A stretch of 64,000 nucleotides of DNA. Origin: an uncultured Bacteroidota bacterium. GTDB taxonomy: Bacteria > Bacteroidota > Ignavibacteria > UBA10030 > UBA8401. Position 1 is the first letter of the stretch. Every line of letters begins with the position of its first letter. The notes beneath the pieces were generated by a model. That model did not search any database. It saw only the letters and a list, made by a program, of their open reading frames with translations, and had not been told where the DNA came from. Shown piece after piece: positions 10,843 to 20,674 of the stretch. The position numbers were made by a program, and so were the translations under genes. The stretch spans positions 6,400 through 70,399 of the forward strand of contig CALETH010000131.1 of the NCBI GenBank assembly GCA_937920105.1, in the 5' to 3' direction.

Positions 10843-12792
10843 TTATTTTTTCTTTTCTTTTTTGTCATCATCAATTACTTCGTACTCGGCATTTTCTACT
10901 TTTTTCTCATCTTTTTGCTGAGTTGTAGATTGCTGTCCGCCTTCAGGTTGTGCTCCTGCGGTTGCTCCTTGTTGTTTTGCGGCTTCGTACATTTTTGTTG
11001 ATGCTTCATTCCAAATTGCATTCAACGCATCCATTTTAGATTTTATTTCTGTTGTGTTGTTTGTTTTAATTGCTTCTTCTAATGCTGTTGCTGCTGTTTC
11101 TAATTTGGATTTTGTGTCTGCATCAATCTTATCTTCCATTTCTTTCATTTGTTTTCGAGTAGAGAAGACAAGATTATCTGCTTGATTTTTTGTTTCTATT
11201 TCTTCTTTGCGTTTTGCATCATCTGCTGCATGCGCTTGTGCATCTTTTTTCATTCGTTCAACTTCTTCTTTACTCAATCCGGAAGAAGAGGTAATGCGGA
11301 TACTTTGTTCTTTATTGGTTGCTTGGTCTTTTGCTGTTACATGCAGCATTCCGTTAGCATCAATATCAAGTATAACTTCTATTTTTGGTACCCCACGTGG
11401 TGCTGGTGGAATTCCATCCAAATGAAAACGTCCGAGCGTACGATTATCTACTGCCATTGGACGTTCACCTTGAAGAATGTGAACTTCTACTGATGTTTGA
11501 CTATCTGCTGCTGTACTAAACACTTCACTTTTTCGCGTTGGGATGGTTGTGTTTGCATCAATTAATTTTGTCATCACACCACCAAGAGTTTCAATTCCCA
11601 AAGAAAGCGGTGTAACATCTAATAAGAGAACATCAGTAACATCTCCGGCAAGAACACCACCTTGAATTGCTGCTCCGATTGCAACTACTTCATCAGGATT
11701 TACTCCTTTGTGTCCTTCTTTTCCAAAAATGTCTTTTACAAGTTGTTGAATGCGCGGCATACGTGTCATACCACCAACCAAAATTACTTCATCAATTTGA
11801 CTTGGAGAAACACCGGCATCTTTTAATGCTTTTTCTACTGGTGGAATACATCGTTTTACTAAATCATCAACAAGTTGTTCAAATTTTGCACGCGTTAAAT
11901 TCATGTTTAAATGTTTTGGACCTTCGGATGTTGCGGTTACGAAGGGAAGATTGATTTCTGTTTGGTTGAGTTGTGAAAGTTCAATCTTTGCTTTTTCTGC
12001 TGCTTCACGAAGACGTTGTAACGCCATTGGGTCTTTTAACAAATCAATGCCTTCTTGTTTTTTAAATTCTCCGGCAATGTATTCTACAAGACGTTGGTCA
12101 AAATTATCTCCACCAAGATGTGTATCTCCGTTGGTAGATTTTACTTTGAAATTTCCTGTTCCTTCAACTTCGTATAATTCAAGAACGGAAATATCAAATG
12201 TTCCACCACCCAAATCGAACACCGCAACTTTTGCATCTTTTCCTTTTTTATCTAAACCGTAAGCAAGTGCAGCAGCGGTTGGTTCGTTCACAATACGGCG
12301 AACGTTGAGTCCGGCAATTTCTCCGGCTTCTTTTGTTGCTTGACGTTGTGCATCATTAAAATATGCGGGAACAGTGATAACGGCTTCTGTTATTTTTTGT
12401 CCGAGATAATCTTCTGCAGTTTGTTTCATTTTTTGTAAAATCATCGCAGAAATTTCCGGCGGAGAATACATACGGTCATCAATTTTTACACGGGCAGTAT
12501 TGTTATCTCCTGCAATAACATTGTAGGGAACGAGTTTCATTTCGTCATTCACCTCGTTCATGAAACGTCCCATAAATCTTTTGATGGAATAGATGGTGTT
12601 GTGTGGATTAGTTACGGCTTGTCGTTTTGCTGCATGACCAACTAAACGTTCTCCGTTTTTTGCAAATCCAACCATTGATGGTGTTGTGCGAAATCCTTCT
12701 GCGTTTGCAATGACAACGGGGTCATTTCCTTCCATAACGGCAACTACTGAGTTTGTTGTTCCCAAATCTATTCCGATAATTTTTCCAGCCAT
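10843..12792 (-). CDS. dnaK: Molecular chaperone DnaK (Hsp70)
   Basis: 649 aa, [16 protein letters not shown], Hsp70 signatures throughout. Confidence 0.98.
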   Translation of the reverse strand: MAGKIIGIDLGTTNSVVAVMEGNDPVVIANAEGFRTTPSMVGFAKNGERLVGHAAKRQAVTNPHNTIYSIKRFMGRFMNEVNDEMKLVPYNVIAGDNNTARVKIDDRMYSPPEISAMILQKMKQTAEDYLGQKITEAVITVPAYFNDAQRQATKEAGEIAGLNVRRIVNEPTAAALAYGLDKKGKDAKVAVFDLGGGTFDISVLELYEVEGTGNFKVKSTNGDTHLGGDNFDQRLVEYIAGEFKKQEGIDLLKDPMALQRLREAAEKAKIELSQLNQTEINLPFVTATSEGPKHLNMNLTRAKFEQLVDDLVKRCIPPVEKALKDAGVSPSQIDEVILVGGMTRMPRIQQLVKDIFGKEGHKGVNPDEVVAIGAAIQGGVLAGDVTDVLLLDVTPLSLGIETLGGVMTKLIDANTTIPTRKSEVFSTAADSQTSVEVHILQGERPMAVDNRTLGRFHLDGIPPAPRGVPKIEVILDIDANGMLHVTAKDQATNKEQSIRITSSSGLSKEEVERMKKDAQAHAADDAKRKEEIETKNQADNLVFSTRKQMKEMEDKIDADTKSKLETAATALEEAIKTNNTTEIKSKMDALNAIWNEASTKMYEAAKQQGATAGAQPEGGQQSTTQQKDEKKVENAEYEVIDDDKKEKKK

Positions 12793-13015
12793 TGTTTTCT
12801 CCTGTGAGATAAATTGTTATTATAATAGATAAACTTTTCTTATAACTTCATCAAATACCGTACCAATAAAAATATGCGAAATTGAATTAAAAATGATGTT
12901 TTTTAAATTTAATTTGATGACAAAATGTCATTCAATAAAGATTTCGCCAATTTGACAAGTGTTGACTATGGATTATGGAAATATTATAGATTATTTTAGA
13001 TGAATATTTTACAGC

Positions 13016-13044
13016 GTCATTCCCGCATGTTTTTAGCGGGAGTC
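13016..13044. repeat. REP-like palindrome gtcattcccgc-N-gcgggagtc
   Basis: Almost identical to 34270-34300; directly abuts the birA start. Confidence 0.75.
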
Positions 13045-13057
13045 TATAAAAAAAAAT

Positions 13058-13816
13058 ATGTTAGATAAAAATACAATAATCGAAAAACTATCCACCAAAT
13101 ATATTGGAAAAAACTTTTCTGTTTTTGCAACAATAGATTCCACTAATACATTTGCAAAATCTTTGGATGCACCAAACGGAACAGTAATTTTTGCTGAAGA
13201 ACAAACATTGGGAAGAGGAAGGATGCAAAGAAGTTGGGTTGCAGAAAAAGAAAAAAATCTTCTCTTTTCAATTATTCTGTATCCGGAAATAGAGCAAACA
13301 AAAATTCCGTTAATTTCTTTTGTTGCTTCGCTTGCGGTTGCAAAGGCAATTCGCGAAACAACAAAACTTTCTACAGAATGTAAATGGCCTAATGATGTTT
13401 TGGTGAATGAAAAAAAAGTCTGTGGGATTTTATTGGAAACAGTTTCTTCCTCAAAAAAAATTATTGTGGGAATTGGCGTTAATGTTAATCAGAAAAATTT
13501 TTCTCAAGAACTTCAACAGAAGGCAACATCATTATACAATGAAGTGAAAAGCGAAATTGACAGAGGTATGTTGTTGATAAAGATTTTAGAAAATTTTGAG
13601 TTTTGGTACGAACAACTTCAAAAAGAATCTTCTATTATAATAGATGAATGGAAAAAATATTCTACAATGCTTGGAAAAAAGATTATCATTAACGAACACC
13701 ATTCTTCTTTTGAAGCAATTGCTGTAGATATACAAAACGATGGTGGATTGTGTATCAAAACTTTTTCTGGTGAAGAAAGAGTTGTGTATTCTGGTGATGT
13801 GAGTGTGAAACTCTAA
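13058..13816 (+). CDS. birA: Biotin--[acetyl-CoA-carboxylase] ligase (group I, no N-terminal HTH)
   Basis: GRGRMQRSW biotin-protein-ligase motif; 252 aa. Confidence 0.9.
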   Translation: MLDKNTIIEKLSTKYIGKNFSVFATIDSTNTFAKSLDAPNGTVIFAEEQTLGRGRMQRSWVAEKEKNLLFSIILYPEIEQTKIPLISFVASLAVAKAIRETTKLSTECKWPNDVLVNEKKVCGILLETVSSSKKIIVGIGVNVNQKNFSQELQQKATSLYNEVKSEIDRGMLLIKILENFEFWYEQLQKESSIIIDEWKKYSTMLGKKIIINEHHSSFEAIAVDIQNDGGLCIKTFSGEERVVYSGDVSVKL

Positions 13817-13886
13817 GTTTTATTATTGGATGTAAATTTTTTATATTTTAGTAGAAATACATTTTACAATTATAAGGAATATCATA

Positions 13887-14105
13887 ATGTCTACAACCAT
13901 AGCAAATATGACAAAACGAGAATTTACGCAAATTATTTCTGATGTTGTTGAAAAAAAACTTCTTGAAATTTTTGCAGACCCTGATAACGGATTAATTTTA
14001 CGAGAAATCGTTCGTAAACAATTACTTCAACAATTAAAAGAAGTAAATGCAGGAAAAAGAGGAAAAAATATTGACGATGTTGTAAAAGAATTGGGATTAC
14101 AATAA
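13887..14105 (+). CDS. Small protein, putative antitoxin partner of the downstream RelE/ParE toxin
   Basis: 72 aa, RBS aaggaa, stop/start TAAATG junction with the toxin gene; no strong family assignment. Confidence 0.5.
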   Translation: MSTTIANMTKREFTQIISDVVEKKLLEIFADPDNGLILREIVRKQLLQQLKEVNAGKRGKNIDDVVKELGLQ

Positions 14106-14369
14106 ATGTATTCGATTCAATTTTTGCAATCCGCAACTAAAAGTCTTAAAAAATTAGATAAAAAAGTTTCCCAACAAATTATTGACCGTATTCGTTGGTT
14201 GGCAGAAAACATTCAATCCACAAAATTATATCCTCTCAAAGGTGAACTTTCCGGTTTGTATAAAATACGAGAAGGTTCATATCGTATTATTTTTCAGACA
14301 CTACATAAAGAAAAAATAATTATCATTCATAGTATTGGGCATAGAAGGGATATTTATAAGGAACGATGA
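14106..14369 (+). CDS. RelE/ParE-family (BrnT-like) type II toxin
   Basis: LKGELSGLYKIREGSYRIIFQTLHKEKIIIIHSIGHRRDIYK matches the RelE/ParE core (G.YR..Y......I.I..IGHR...Y). Confidence 0.8.
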   Translation: MYSIQFLQSATKSLKKLDKKVSQQIIDRIRWLAENIQSTKLYPLKGELSGLYKIREGSYRIIFQTLHKEKIIIIHSIGHRRDIYKER

Positions 14370-14635
14370 AAAAATTATCTCGCTTCAAAAATGAAAATGA
14401 AGAAAGAAAATTTTGGGCAACACACAGTCCATTAGAGTATTTTGATAAGAAAAATATGGTGATAACAACATTTCCTAATCTTAAACCCACAAGTAGAACA
14501 ATTTCTATTCGTCTTCCGGAATTATTGTTAGAAGAAATTAAAGTGTTGGCAAACGAAAAAGATATTCCTTATCAATCTATGTTAAAAATCTTATTGACAG
14601 AAAAAGTAAGAGAAGAATTTAAGATAAAAAAATGA
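14366..14635 (+). CDS. BrnA/CopG-like antitoxin
   Basis: FWATHSPLEYFD...ISIRLPELLLEEIKVLANEKDIPYQSMLKILL matches the BrnA antitoxin family pattern; ATGA overlap with the toxin gene. Confidence 0.7.
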   Translation: MKKLSRFKNENEERKFWATHSPLEYFDKKNMVITTFPNLKPTSRTISIRLPELLLEEIKVLANEKDIPYQSMLKILLTEKVREEFKIKK

Positions 14636-14708
14636 AGATATTGTAAAAAAATTAGGATTAAAAATAATTGTTCATTGCTCATTAATAATTGTTAATTGAT
14701 AATTGATT

Positions 14709-15500
14709 ATGCTTCTTGCTATAGATATCGGTAACACCCATACAGTGTTTGGCATCTACAAAAACTCTACACTTCTCGGAAGTTGGCGAGTAACAAGTTT
14801 TACTACTCGTACCGAAGATGAATTTGGTGCTTTAGTAAAAACATTTTGCGAAAATGCAAAAATCCCACTCAAAAAAATTTCTGTTGTAGGAATTTCTTCA
14901 GTAGTTCCCAATCTTACCGAAACAGTAAGCAGAATGTCCAAAAAATATTTTGCATTGGAGCCAATAATTATTTCTGCAGATTTATCGTTGGGAATAAATG
15001 TTCTGTATGATGACCCTTTTGCTGTTGGTGCAGACCGTTTATGCAACGCTGTGGCTGCCTTCACCAAATATCAATCTCCACTTATTATTGTAGATTTTGG
15101 TACGGCAACAACGTACGATGTTGTTTCCAAAGCAGGAGATTATCTTGGTGGAGTGATTACTGCCGGAGTGGAAACATCTGCTGCAGAACTCCATCGAAGA
15201 GCAGCAAAACTTCCCAAAATAGAATTGCGATTTCCTGAAAATGTTATCGGCAAAAATACTGTTCACAGTATGCAATCCGGAATTTTGTATGGAGCATTAG
15301 ATGCAATGGAATCTATGATTCGCCGCATTACTAAAGAATTGGGAGAACAACCAATAGTTATTGCTACGGGTGGATTTTCGGAAATGTTATGTCGTCATTC
15401 AAAACTCATTCATCATCACGAACCAAATTTAGTGTTGGATGGTATTCGTATTATTGTAGAAAAAGTTGCTCTGCATCACAAAAAGAAACGTAGTTCATAA
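14709..15500 (+). CDS. coaX: Type III pantothenate kinase
   Basis: LLAIDIGNTHTVFGIY N-terminal ASKHA motif; the birA-coaX neighbourhood is conserved in many bacteria. The track ORF starts at TTG 14703. Confidence 0.88.
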   Translation: MLLAIDIGNTHTVFGIYKNSTLLGSWRVTSFTTRTEDEFGALVKTFCENAKIPLKKISVVGISSVVPNLTETVSRMSKKYFALEPIIISADLSLGINVLYDDPFAVGADRLCNAVAAFTKYQSPLIIVDFGTATTYDVVSKAGDYLGGVITAGVETSAAELHRRAAKLPKIELRFPENVIGKNTVHSMQSGILYGALDAMESMIRRITKELGEQPIVIATGGFSEMLCRHSKLIHHHEPNLVLDGIRIIVEKVALHHKKKRSS

Positions 15501-15578
15501 AAGGTATCTTTTGAAAGAAAAAGAAAATTGATATATTGAACATCATTATTATTCATTCATTATTTAATAATTATACTT

Positions 15579-16277
15579 ATGCTTACAGCAAAAAAGAAAA
15601 TTTCACAACGACCCATCGTTCAAGAAAGTCCGTTAATGGAACGATACTATGAAACACAAAGTTGGATTCAAGAAAACAAAAAACGTGTCAATACCATTTT
15701 GGGAATTATTGTTGTTCTTGGACTTGGTATTTGGTTCTATTATAACAATACCAAAGCCAATGATGAAAAAGCCATGACAGAGTTTTCCAAAGTGTTTTCG
15801 TATTACGATAACGGACAGTATCAACTTGCCATTAATGGAATTCCGGAAAAAAACGTTACCGGCTTGCAATCCATTGTAGATAATTATGGAAGCACCAATG
15901 CTGGAAATATTGCAAAATTTTATCTTGCCAATGCGTACTACAACACACAAAATTATGATAAAGCATTAGAATATTTTAGCGGTGTCAGTGTAGGTAATCC
16001 AATGGTAGAAAATTCTGCAGTTGCTGGTGAAGCAGCATGTTATGAAGCAAAAGGAGATTTCAAAACTGCAGCAAGCAAATTTGAAAAAGCAGGAATGAAA
16101 GGCAATGATGACGTACACTCACCGGAATATCTTGCCAATGCAGGACGTAATTATACAAAAGTTGGTGAAAAAGAAAAAGCGATTGAAATTTATAAAATGA
16201 TAAAAAAAGAATATCCCAAATCTCCAATAGCGTTTTCTGTTGATAAAGAACTTGCTGCATTGGGAGTTATGTTGTAA
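15579..16277 (+). CDS. TPR-repeat membrane-anchored protein (YfgM-like architecture)
   Basis: N-terminal TM helix (ILGIIVVLGLGIWFYY) then TPR-like repeats. Confidence 0.55.
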   Translation: MLTAKKKISQRPIVQESPLMERYYETQSWIQENKKRVNTILGIIVVLGLGIWFYYNNTKANDEKAMTEFSKVFSYYDNGQYQLAINGIPEKNVTGLQSIVDNYGSTNAGNIAKFYLANAYYNTQNYDKALEYFSGVSVGNPMVENSAVAGEAACYEAKGDFKTAASKFEKAGMKGNDDVHSPEYLANAGRNYTKVGEKEKAIEIYKMIKKEYPKSPIAFSVDKELAALGVML

Positions 16278-16289
16278 ATATCGTTGTGA

Positions 16290-16375
16290 ACTTTCCCTCC
16301 TACTAGGAGGGAATGCAAGGGTGGTCGTTTTTAAATTTTTTGACCTCCCCTAACCCCTCCTAAATAGGAGGGGAA
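16290..16375. repeat. Two hairpins of repeat family P upstream of nuoA
   Basis: tccctcctactaggaggga and cccctaacccctcctaaataggagggg. Confidence 0.7.
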
Positions 16376-16403
16376 AACATATTTCCAAATTTTATAAAAA
16401 ACC

Positions 16404-16781
16404 ATGCTTACCGATTTTGGTAGAATACTTATTTTTTTTATTGTAGGAATAATTTTCACGGCTGGTGGACTTATTACTTCGTGGTTGTTACGACCTAAAC
16501 GTCCATATCCGGCAAAACTTTCTTCGTACGAATGCGGTGAAGAAGCAACCGGAGATTCTCGAATTCAATTCAATATTCGTTTTTATATTATTGCATTAAT
16601 TTTTGTAGTGTTTGAAGTAGAAGTGGTACTGTTATTTCCGTGGGCATTAGTGTTTAAAGAGTTTGGAATGTTTGCTTTTATTGAAATGCTTATTTTTCTT
16701 TTCATTCTCATAGTTGGTTATATGTACGTGTGGAAGAAAAAAGATTTGGAATGGGATGTACCGCAACCCAAAAATTGGTAA
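16404..16781 (+). CDS. nuoA: NADH-quinone oxidoreductase subunit A
   Basis: 125 aa, 3 TM, ND3/NuoA signature (SYECGEE...FDIRFY). Confidence 0.93.
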   Translation: MLTDFGRILIFFIVGIIFTAGGLITSWLLRPKRPYPAKLSSYECGEEATGDSRIQFNIRFYIIALIFVVFEVEVVLLFPWALVFKEFGMFAFIEMLIFLFILIVGYMYVWKKKDLEWDVPQPKNW

Positions 16782-16824
16782 CAAATTAATTCATTTATCT
16801 TAATAAACAATTAAAGAGACACAA

Positions 16825-18849
16825 ATGAAAAACAAATTTTTCATATATTATATAATTGCATTATTAATAATGCCAATAACCAGTCCCGCTCAATGGGCAA
16901 AAAATATAGGTGGTAATGCTAGTGATAGAGGTAGTAGTATTGCTAATGATGGTAATGGAAATGTGTATATAACAGGGTCTTTTCGTGGGACAGCAGATTT
17001 TGATACAGGTCCAGGAACGACAAACTTGATTGGGAAAGGTTGGACTGACATATATTTTGCAAAATACGATGTTTCCGGTTTATTATTGTGGGCAAAAAGT
17101 GTTGGGAGTACTAATTCTGATGGAGGTAATAGTATTGCTGTCGATGGTAGTGGAGATGTGTATGTAACAGGTTCCTTTGAAGGAATGGCAGATTTTGACC
17201 CTGGAGTAGGAACAACAAATTTGCCTTGGGTTGGTGGTGACGATATCTTTTTTGCAAAATACAAATCTAGTGACGGTTCGCTTATTTGGGCAAAAAGTAT
17301 TGGTGCTGCTAATGGTGCTTCCGAGGGTGGTAATAGTATTGCCATAGATGGAAGTGGAAATGTCTACATAACAGGTATATTTTATGGAACAGTAGATTTT
17401 GACCCAGGGCCAGGAACAACAAATTTAACAAGTGCTGGATATGATATATTTTTTGCGAAATATAGTGGGAATGATGGTTCACTTATATGGGCAAAAAGTG
17501 TTGGTGGTACTACTGATAATGATAAAGGTAATAGTGTTGCTATAGATGGTAGTGGAAATGTCTATATAACAGGACATTTTTTTGGCACAGTAGATTTTGA
17601 CCCAGGTTCAGGAACTGCAAATTTAACGAGTGTTGGTAATTATGATATCTTTTTCGCGAAATATAGTGGTAATGACGGTTCGCTTATATGGGCAAAAAGT
17701 ATTGGTGGTGCTAGTATTGATTATTGTAGCGATATTGTTGTAGATGGTAGTGCAAATGTATATTTAACTGGATATTTTGATTATACAGCAGATTTTGACC
17801 CCAGTGCTGGAGTCGCAAATTTGACAAGTGTTGGTTATGACATTTTTTTTGCCAAATATAACTCTACGGGTTCGCTTTTATGGGTAAAAGGTATAGGGGG
17901 TGGTGGTACTGATGGTAGCGCTAGTATAGATATAGATGGAAGTGGAAATGTGTATGTAACAGGTTCTTTTCAAGGAGCGGTAGATTTTGACCCTGGAGTA
18001 GGAACGACAAGTTTAACTAGTGTTGGTGGTTCCGATATCTTTTTTGCGAAATATAATTCTACTGGTTCATTTGTGTGGGAAAAAAAAATTGGAAGTGGCG
18101 GTGACGATTTTGGTACTAGTCTTGCCTTAGATGGCAGTGGAAATGCCTATACAACAGGATATTTTAATGGAACAGCCGATTTTGACCCATCAACCAATGC
18201 AGCCGATACATTAAAATTAACCAGCAGTGATGATGATATCTTTTTTGCAAAATATAGAACTATTGATGGTCTTCTTCCCGTAGAACTTACCTCATTTACA
18301 GCAACATCAAAAAATAGTGCTGTAGAGTTATCATGGAGTACAGTGAGTGAAATAAATAATTTTGGATTTGAAATTGAGAAAGCAGAAATCCATAATCAAT
18401 CATCAGAAAAACAGTGGAAAAAAATTAGTTTTGTACAGGGAAACGGAACAAGCAATATCCAACACCATTACACATTTATTGATAAAAATGTTACTACAGG
18501 AAAATTTATATATCGATTAAAACAAATTGATATGGATGGAAAGTTTACGTACAGCGAAGAAATAGAAGGAAATGCAGAAATTCCAAAAGAGATAACATTA
18601 TCCCAAAATTATCCAAACCCCTTTAATCCTGTAACAACAATTAATTATGAAATCCCACAAACCGGAAAAGTGTATTTAAAAGTGTACAATGTGTTAGGAG
18701 AAGAAGTCGCAACACTGGTGAATGGAATGCAGGAAGCGGGAAGATATTCTACACAATTTGACGCATCGAAATATTCTTCTGGAATATATTTTTATAAACT
18801 CACATCGAATAATTATATATTAGTAAAATCAATGGTATTGGTGAAATAA
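16825..18849 (+). CDS. Secreted SBBP-repeat beta-propeller protein with T9SS C-terminal sorting domain
   Basis: Signal peptide; about 10 repeats of GNSIAxDGSGNVYxTGxFxGTxDFDPGxGTTNLTSxGxxDIFFAKY (SBBP-like); C-terminal Por_Secre_tail-like domain (NYPNPFNP...GIYFYKL). Confidence 0.8.
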   Translation: MKNKFFIYYIIALLIMPITSPAQWAKNIGGNASDRGSSIANDGNGNVYITGSFRGTADFDTGPGTTNLIGKGWTDIYFAKYDVSGLLLWAKSVGSTNSDGGNSIAVDGSGDVYVTGSFEGMADFDPGVGTTNLPWVGGDDIFFAKYKSSDGSLIWAKSIGAANGASEGGNSIAIDGSGNVYITGIFYGTVDFDPGPGTTNLTSAGYDIFFAKYSGNDGSLIWAKSVGGTTDNDKGNSVAIDGSGNVYITGHFFGTVDFDPGSGTANLTSVGNYDIFFAKYSGNDGSLIWAKSIGGASIDYCSDIVVDGSANVYLTGYFDYTADFDPSAGVANLTSVGYDIFFAKYNSTGSLLWVKGIGGGGTDGSASIDIDGSGNVYVTGSFQGAVDFDPGVGTTSLTSVGGSDIFFAKYNSTGSFVWEKKIGSGGDDFGTSLALDGSGNAYTTGYFNGTADFDPSTNAADTLKLTSSDDDIFFAKYRTIDGLLPVELTSFTATSKNSAVELSWSTVSEINNFGFEIEKAEIHNQSSEKQWKKISFVQGNGTSNIQHHYTFIDKNVTTGKFIYRLKQIDMDGKFTYSEEIEGNAEIPKEITLSQNYPNPFNPVTTINYEIPQTGKVYLKVYNVLGEEVATLVNGMQEAGRYSTQFDASKYSSGIYFYKLTSNNYILVKSMVLVK

Positions 18850-18873
18850 ATTCATAAACCCTGCCATAGTTAG

Positions 18874-18905
18874 AGACCTGTCAAGTTTAAAAACTTGACA
18901 AGTCT
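18874..18905. repeat. Palindromic repeat AGAC-stem-TTTAAAA-stem-GTCT (variant A)
   Basis: agacctgtcaagtttaaaaacttgacaagtct, preceded by aaccctgccatag (half of the 6918 hairpin). Confidence 0.8.
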
Positions 18906-18916
18906 AATAAAAAATC

Positions 18917-19411
18917 ATGGGACTTCTTGATAAACAAATTAACAGCAGCAATATCGTCATCACATCGTTAGATAATTTGATGAATTGGGCAAGACTTTCT
19001 TCTCTTTGGCAAATGCAATTTGGATTAGCATGTTGTGCAATAGAAATGATGGGAGCAGCAGCATCAAATTATGATATTATGCGTTTCGGAGTTATTCCGC
19101 GAGCAACCCCACGTCAATGTGATGTGATGATTGTTTCCGGAACGGTAACCTTAAAAATGGCATCACGTGTGAAACGTTTGTATGACCAAATGTCTGAACC
19201 ACGTTATGTTATTTCTATGGGAAGTTGTTCTAATTGCGGAGGTCCATATTGGGAACACGGTTATCATGTGTTGAAAGGAGTGGATAGAGTAATTCCTGTA
19301 GATGTGTACGTTCCCGGATGTCCGCCAAGACCAGAAGCATTGTTGGAAGGTGTCATTAAATTACAAGAAAAAATTCGCAGTGAAGGTGTTGGAAAGAAGA
19401 AAGTAGCGTAA
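18917..19411 (+). CDS. nuoB: NADH-quinone oxidoreductase subunit B
   Basis: 164 aa, Fe-S cluster N2 cysteines ([20 protein letters not shown]). Confidence 0.95.
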   Translation: MGLLDKQINSSNIVITSLDNLMNWARLSSLWQMQFGLACCAIEMMGAAASNYDIMRFGVIPRATPRQCDVMIVSGTVTLKMASRVKRLYDQMSEPRYVISMGSCSNCGGPYWEHGYHVLKGVDRVIPVDVYVPGCPPRPEALLEGVIKLQEKIRSEGVGKKKVA

Positions 19412-19442
19412 TTTTTTTTATTGATAATAAAAAGGTATTATT

Positions 19443-19649
19443 ATGAAATTTACTATCACAATCAATCGTGATGAAGATGGGATGTATATTGCAGAATGTC
19501 CATCTATTCCAGGTTGCTTTAGTCAAGGAAAAACCGAAGAAGAAGCACAAAAAAATATTCAAGAGGCAATCAAAGAATGTTTAGATGTGCGAGCAGAAAA
19601 AGGAATGCCCTTAACTATTTCCACTCGCCAAGTTGAGGTTGCTATTTAA
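19443..19649 (+). CDS. hicB: HicB-family antitoxin (short, UPF0150-like)
   Basis: 68 aa, DGMYIAECPSIPGCFSQGKTEEEAQKNIQEAI matches the HicB N-terminal fold; TAATG junction with hicA. Confidence 0.7.
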   Translation: MKFTITINRDEDGMYIAECPSIPGCFSQGKTEEEAQKNIQEAIKECLDVRAEKGMPLTISTRQVEVAI

Positions 19650-19879
19650 TGCCCCAAGTGCCACTTCTTCGTCCAAAAGATATTATTAAAGTTTTTGAAA
19701 AACTTGGCTGGGAAGTTGTACGTCAACGAGGAAGTCATATCATTCTTACCAAAGAAGGGAGTATTTCAACATTGTCAGTTCCTAATCATTCTGAAGTTGC
19801 TCGTGGTACATTAAGAGGTCTTATTCAAAAAGCAGGAATAACAATAGAACACTTTATCGAAGTTTTACAAACGTTATGA
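19649..19879 (+). CDS. hicA: HicA-family mRNA interferase toxin
   Basis: 76 aa, ...VRQRGSHIILTKEG... matches the HicA motif; its stop overlaps the nuoC start (ATGA). Confidence 0.75.
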   Translation: MPQVPLLRPKDIIKVFEKLGWEVVRQRGSHIILTKEGSISTLSVPNHSEVARGTLRGLIQKAGITIEHFIEVLQTL

Positions 19880-20352
19880 TTACTCCACAAGAAGTATTTG
19901 ATATACTACAATCCAAGTTTGGTGAGAAAATTTTGGAGTTACAACTTCAAACACATAATCCATTTATAAAAATTTCATCAGATGGATTATTAGAAATTGC
20001 ACAATTTCTTCGAGATGATGAACGATTTCAATTTGATTATCTTTCTTGCCTTTCAGGGATGGATTATGAAAAAACGCTTGGAGTTGTGTATCATCTTTTT
20101 TCTATGAAAAAAAAACATAAGATTGTTATCAAGGTTGAAGTGTCAAAAGAAAATCCGATAATTCCATCCGTAGAAAAAATTTGGAAAACCGCAAACTGGC
20201 ACGAACGCGAAGCATACGATTTATTTGGAATTATTTTTTCTGAACATCCGGATTTACGACGGATTCTTTTACCGTATGATTGGGAAGGACATCCACTACG
20301 AAAAGATTATCAAGTTCCGGAATATTATAATGGAATGAAAGTTCCGTATTAA
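19876..20352 (+). CDS. nuoC: NADH-quinone oxidoreductase subunit C
   Basis: 158 aa, 30 kDa subunit signature (EREAYDLFGIIFSEHPDLRRIL). Confidence 0.93.
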   Translation: MITPQEVFDILQSKFGEKILELQLQTHNPFIKISSDGLLEIAQFLRDDERFQFDYLSCLSGMDYEKTLGVVYHLFSMKKKHKIVIKVEVSKENPIIPSVEKIWKTANWHEREAYDLFGIIFSEHPDLRRILLPYDWEGHPLRKDYQVPEYYNGMKVPY

Positions 20353-20361
20353 AAATATTTT

Positions 20362-20628
20362 ATGAAATATCTCCTATGGTTTTTTGTCGCTATTAATGCA
20401 GCAATCGGAATTAAATACCTTTTGAGTTCTTTTGGTGTATTCAAAATGCGATATTATCCATTTATTACAGAATTTATTTTTGCTGTTGTACTGCTTGGTA
20501 CGGCTGCGGTGGCATTATATATTTATCATTATAAAGAAATCATGTGGTTATCATTTCTTATTGTTTGTTCACCACTTATGCTTTTGTGTATAGTAGTATT
20601 TTTTTCAATGGTAACAGGTAAATATTAA
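20362..20628 (+). CDS. Small hypothetical membrane protein (3 TM)
   Basis: 88 aa hydrophobic ORF wedged between nuoC and nuoD. Confidence 0.45.
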   Translation: MKYLLWFFVAINAAIGIKYLLSSFGVFKMRYYPFITEFIFAVVLLGTAAVALYIYHYKEIMWLSFLIVCSPLMLLCIVVFFSMVTGKY

Positions 20629-20674
20629 CTTATAAACTATATTTTTATCAACTAATTATACAGGGAGTTATAAT

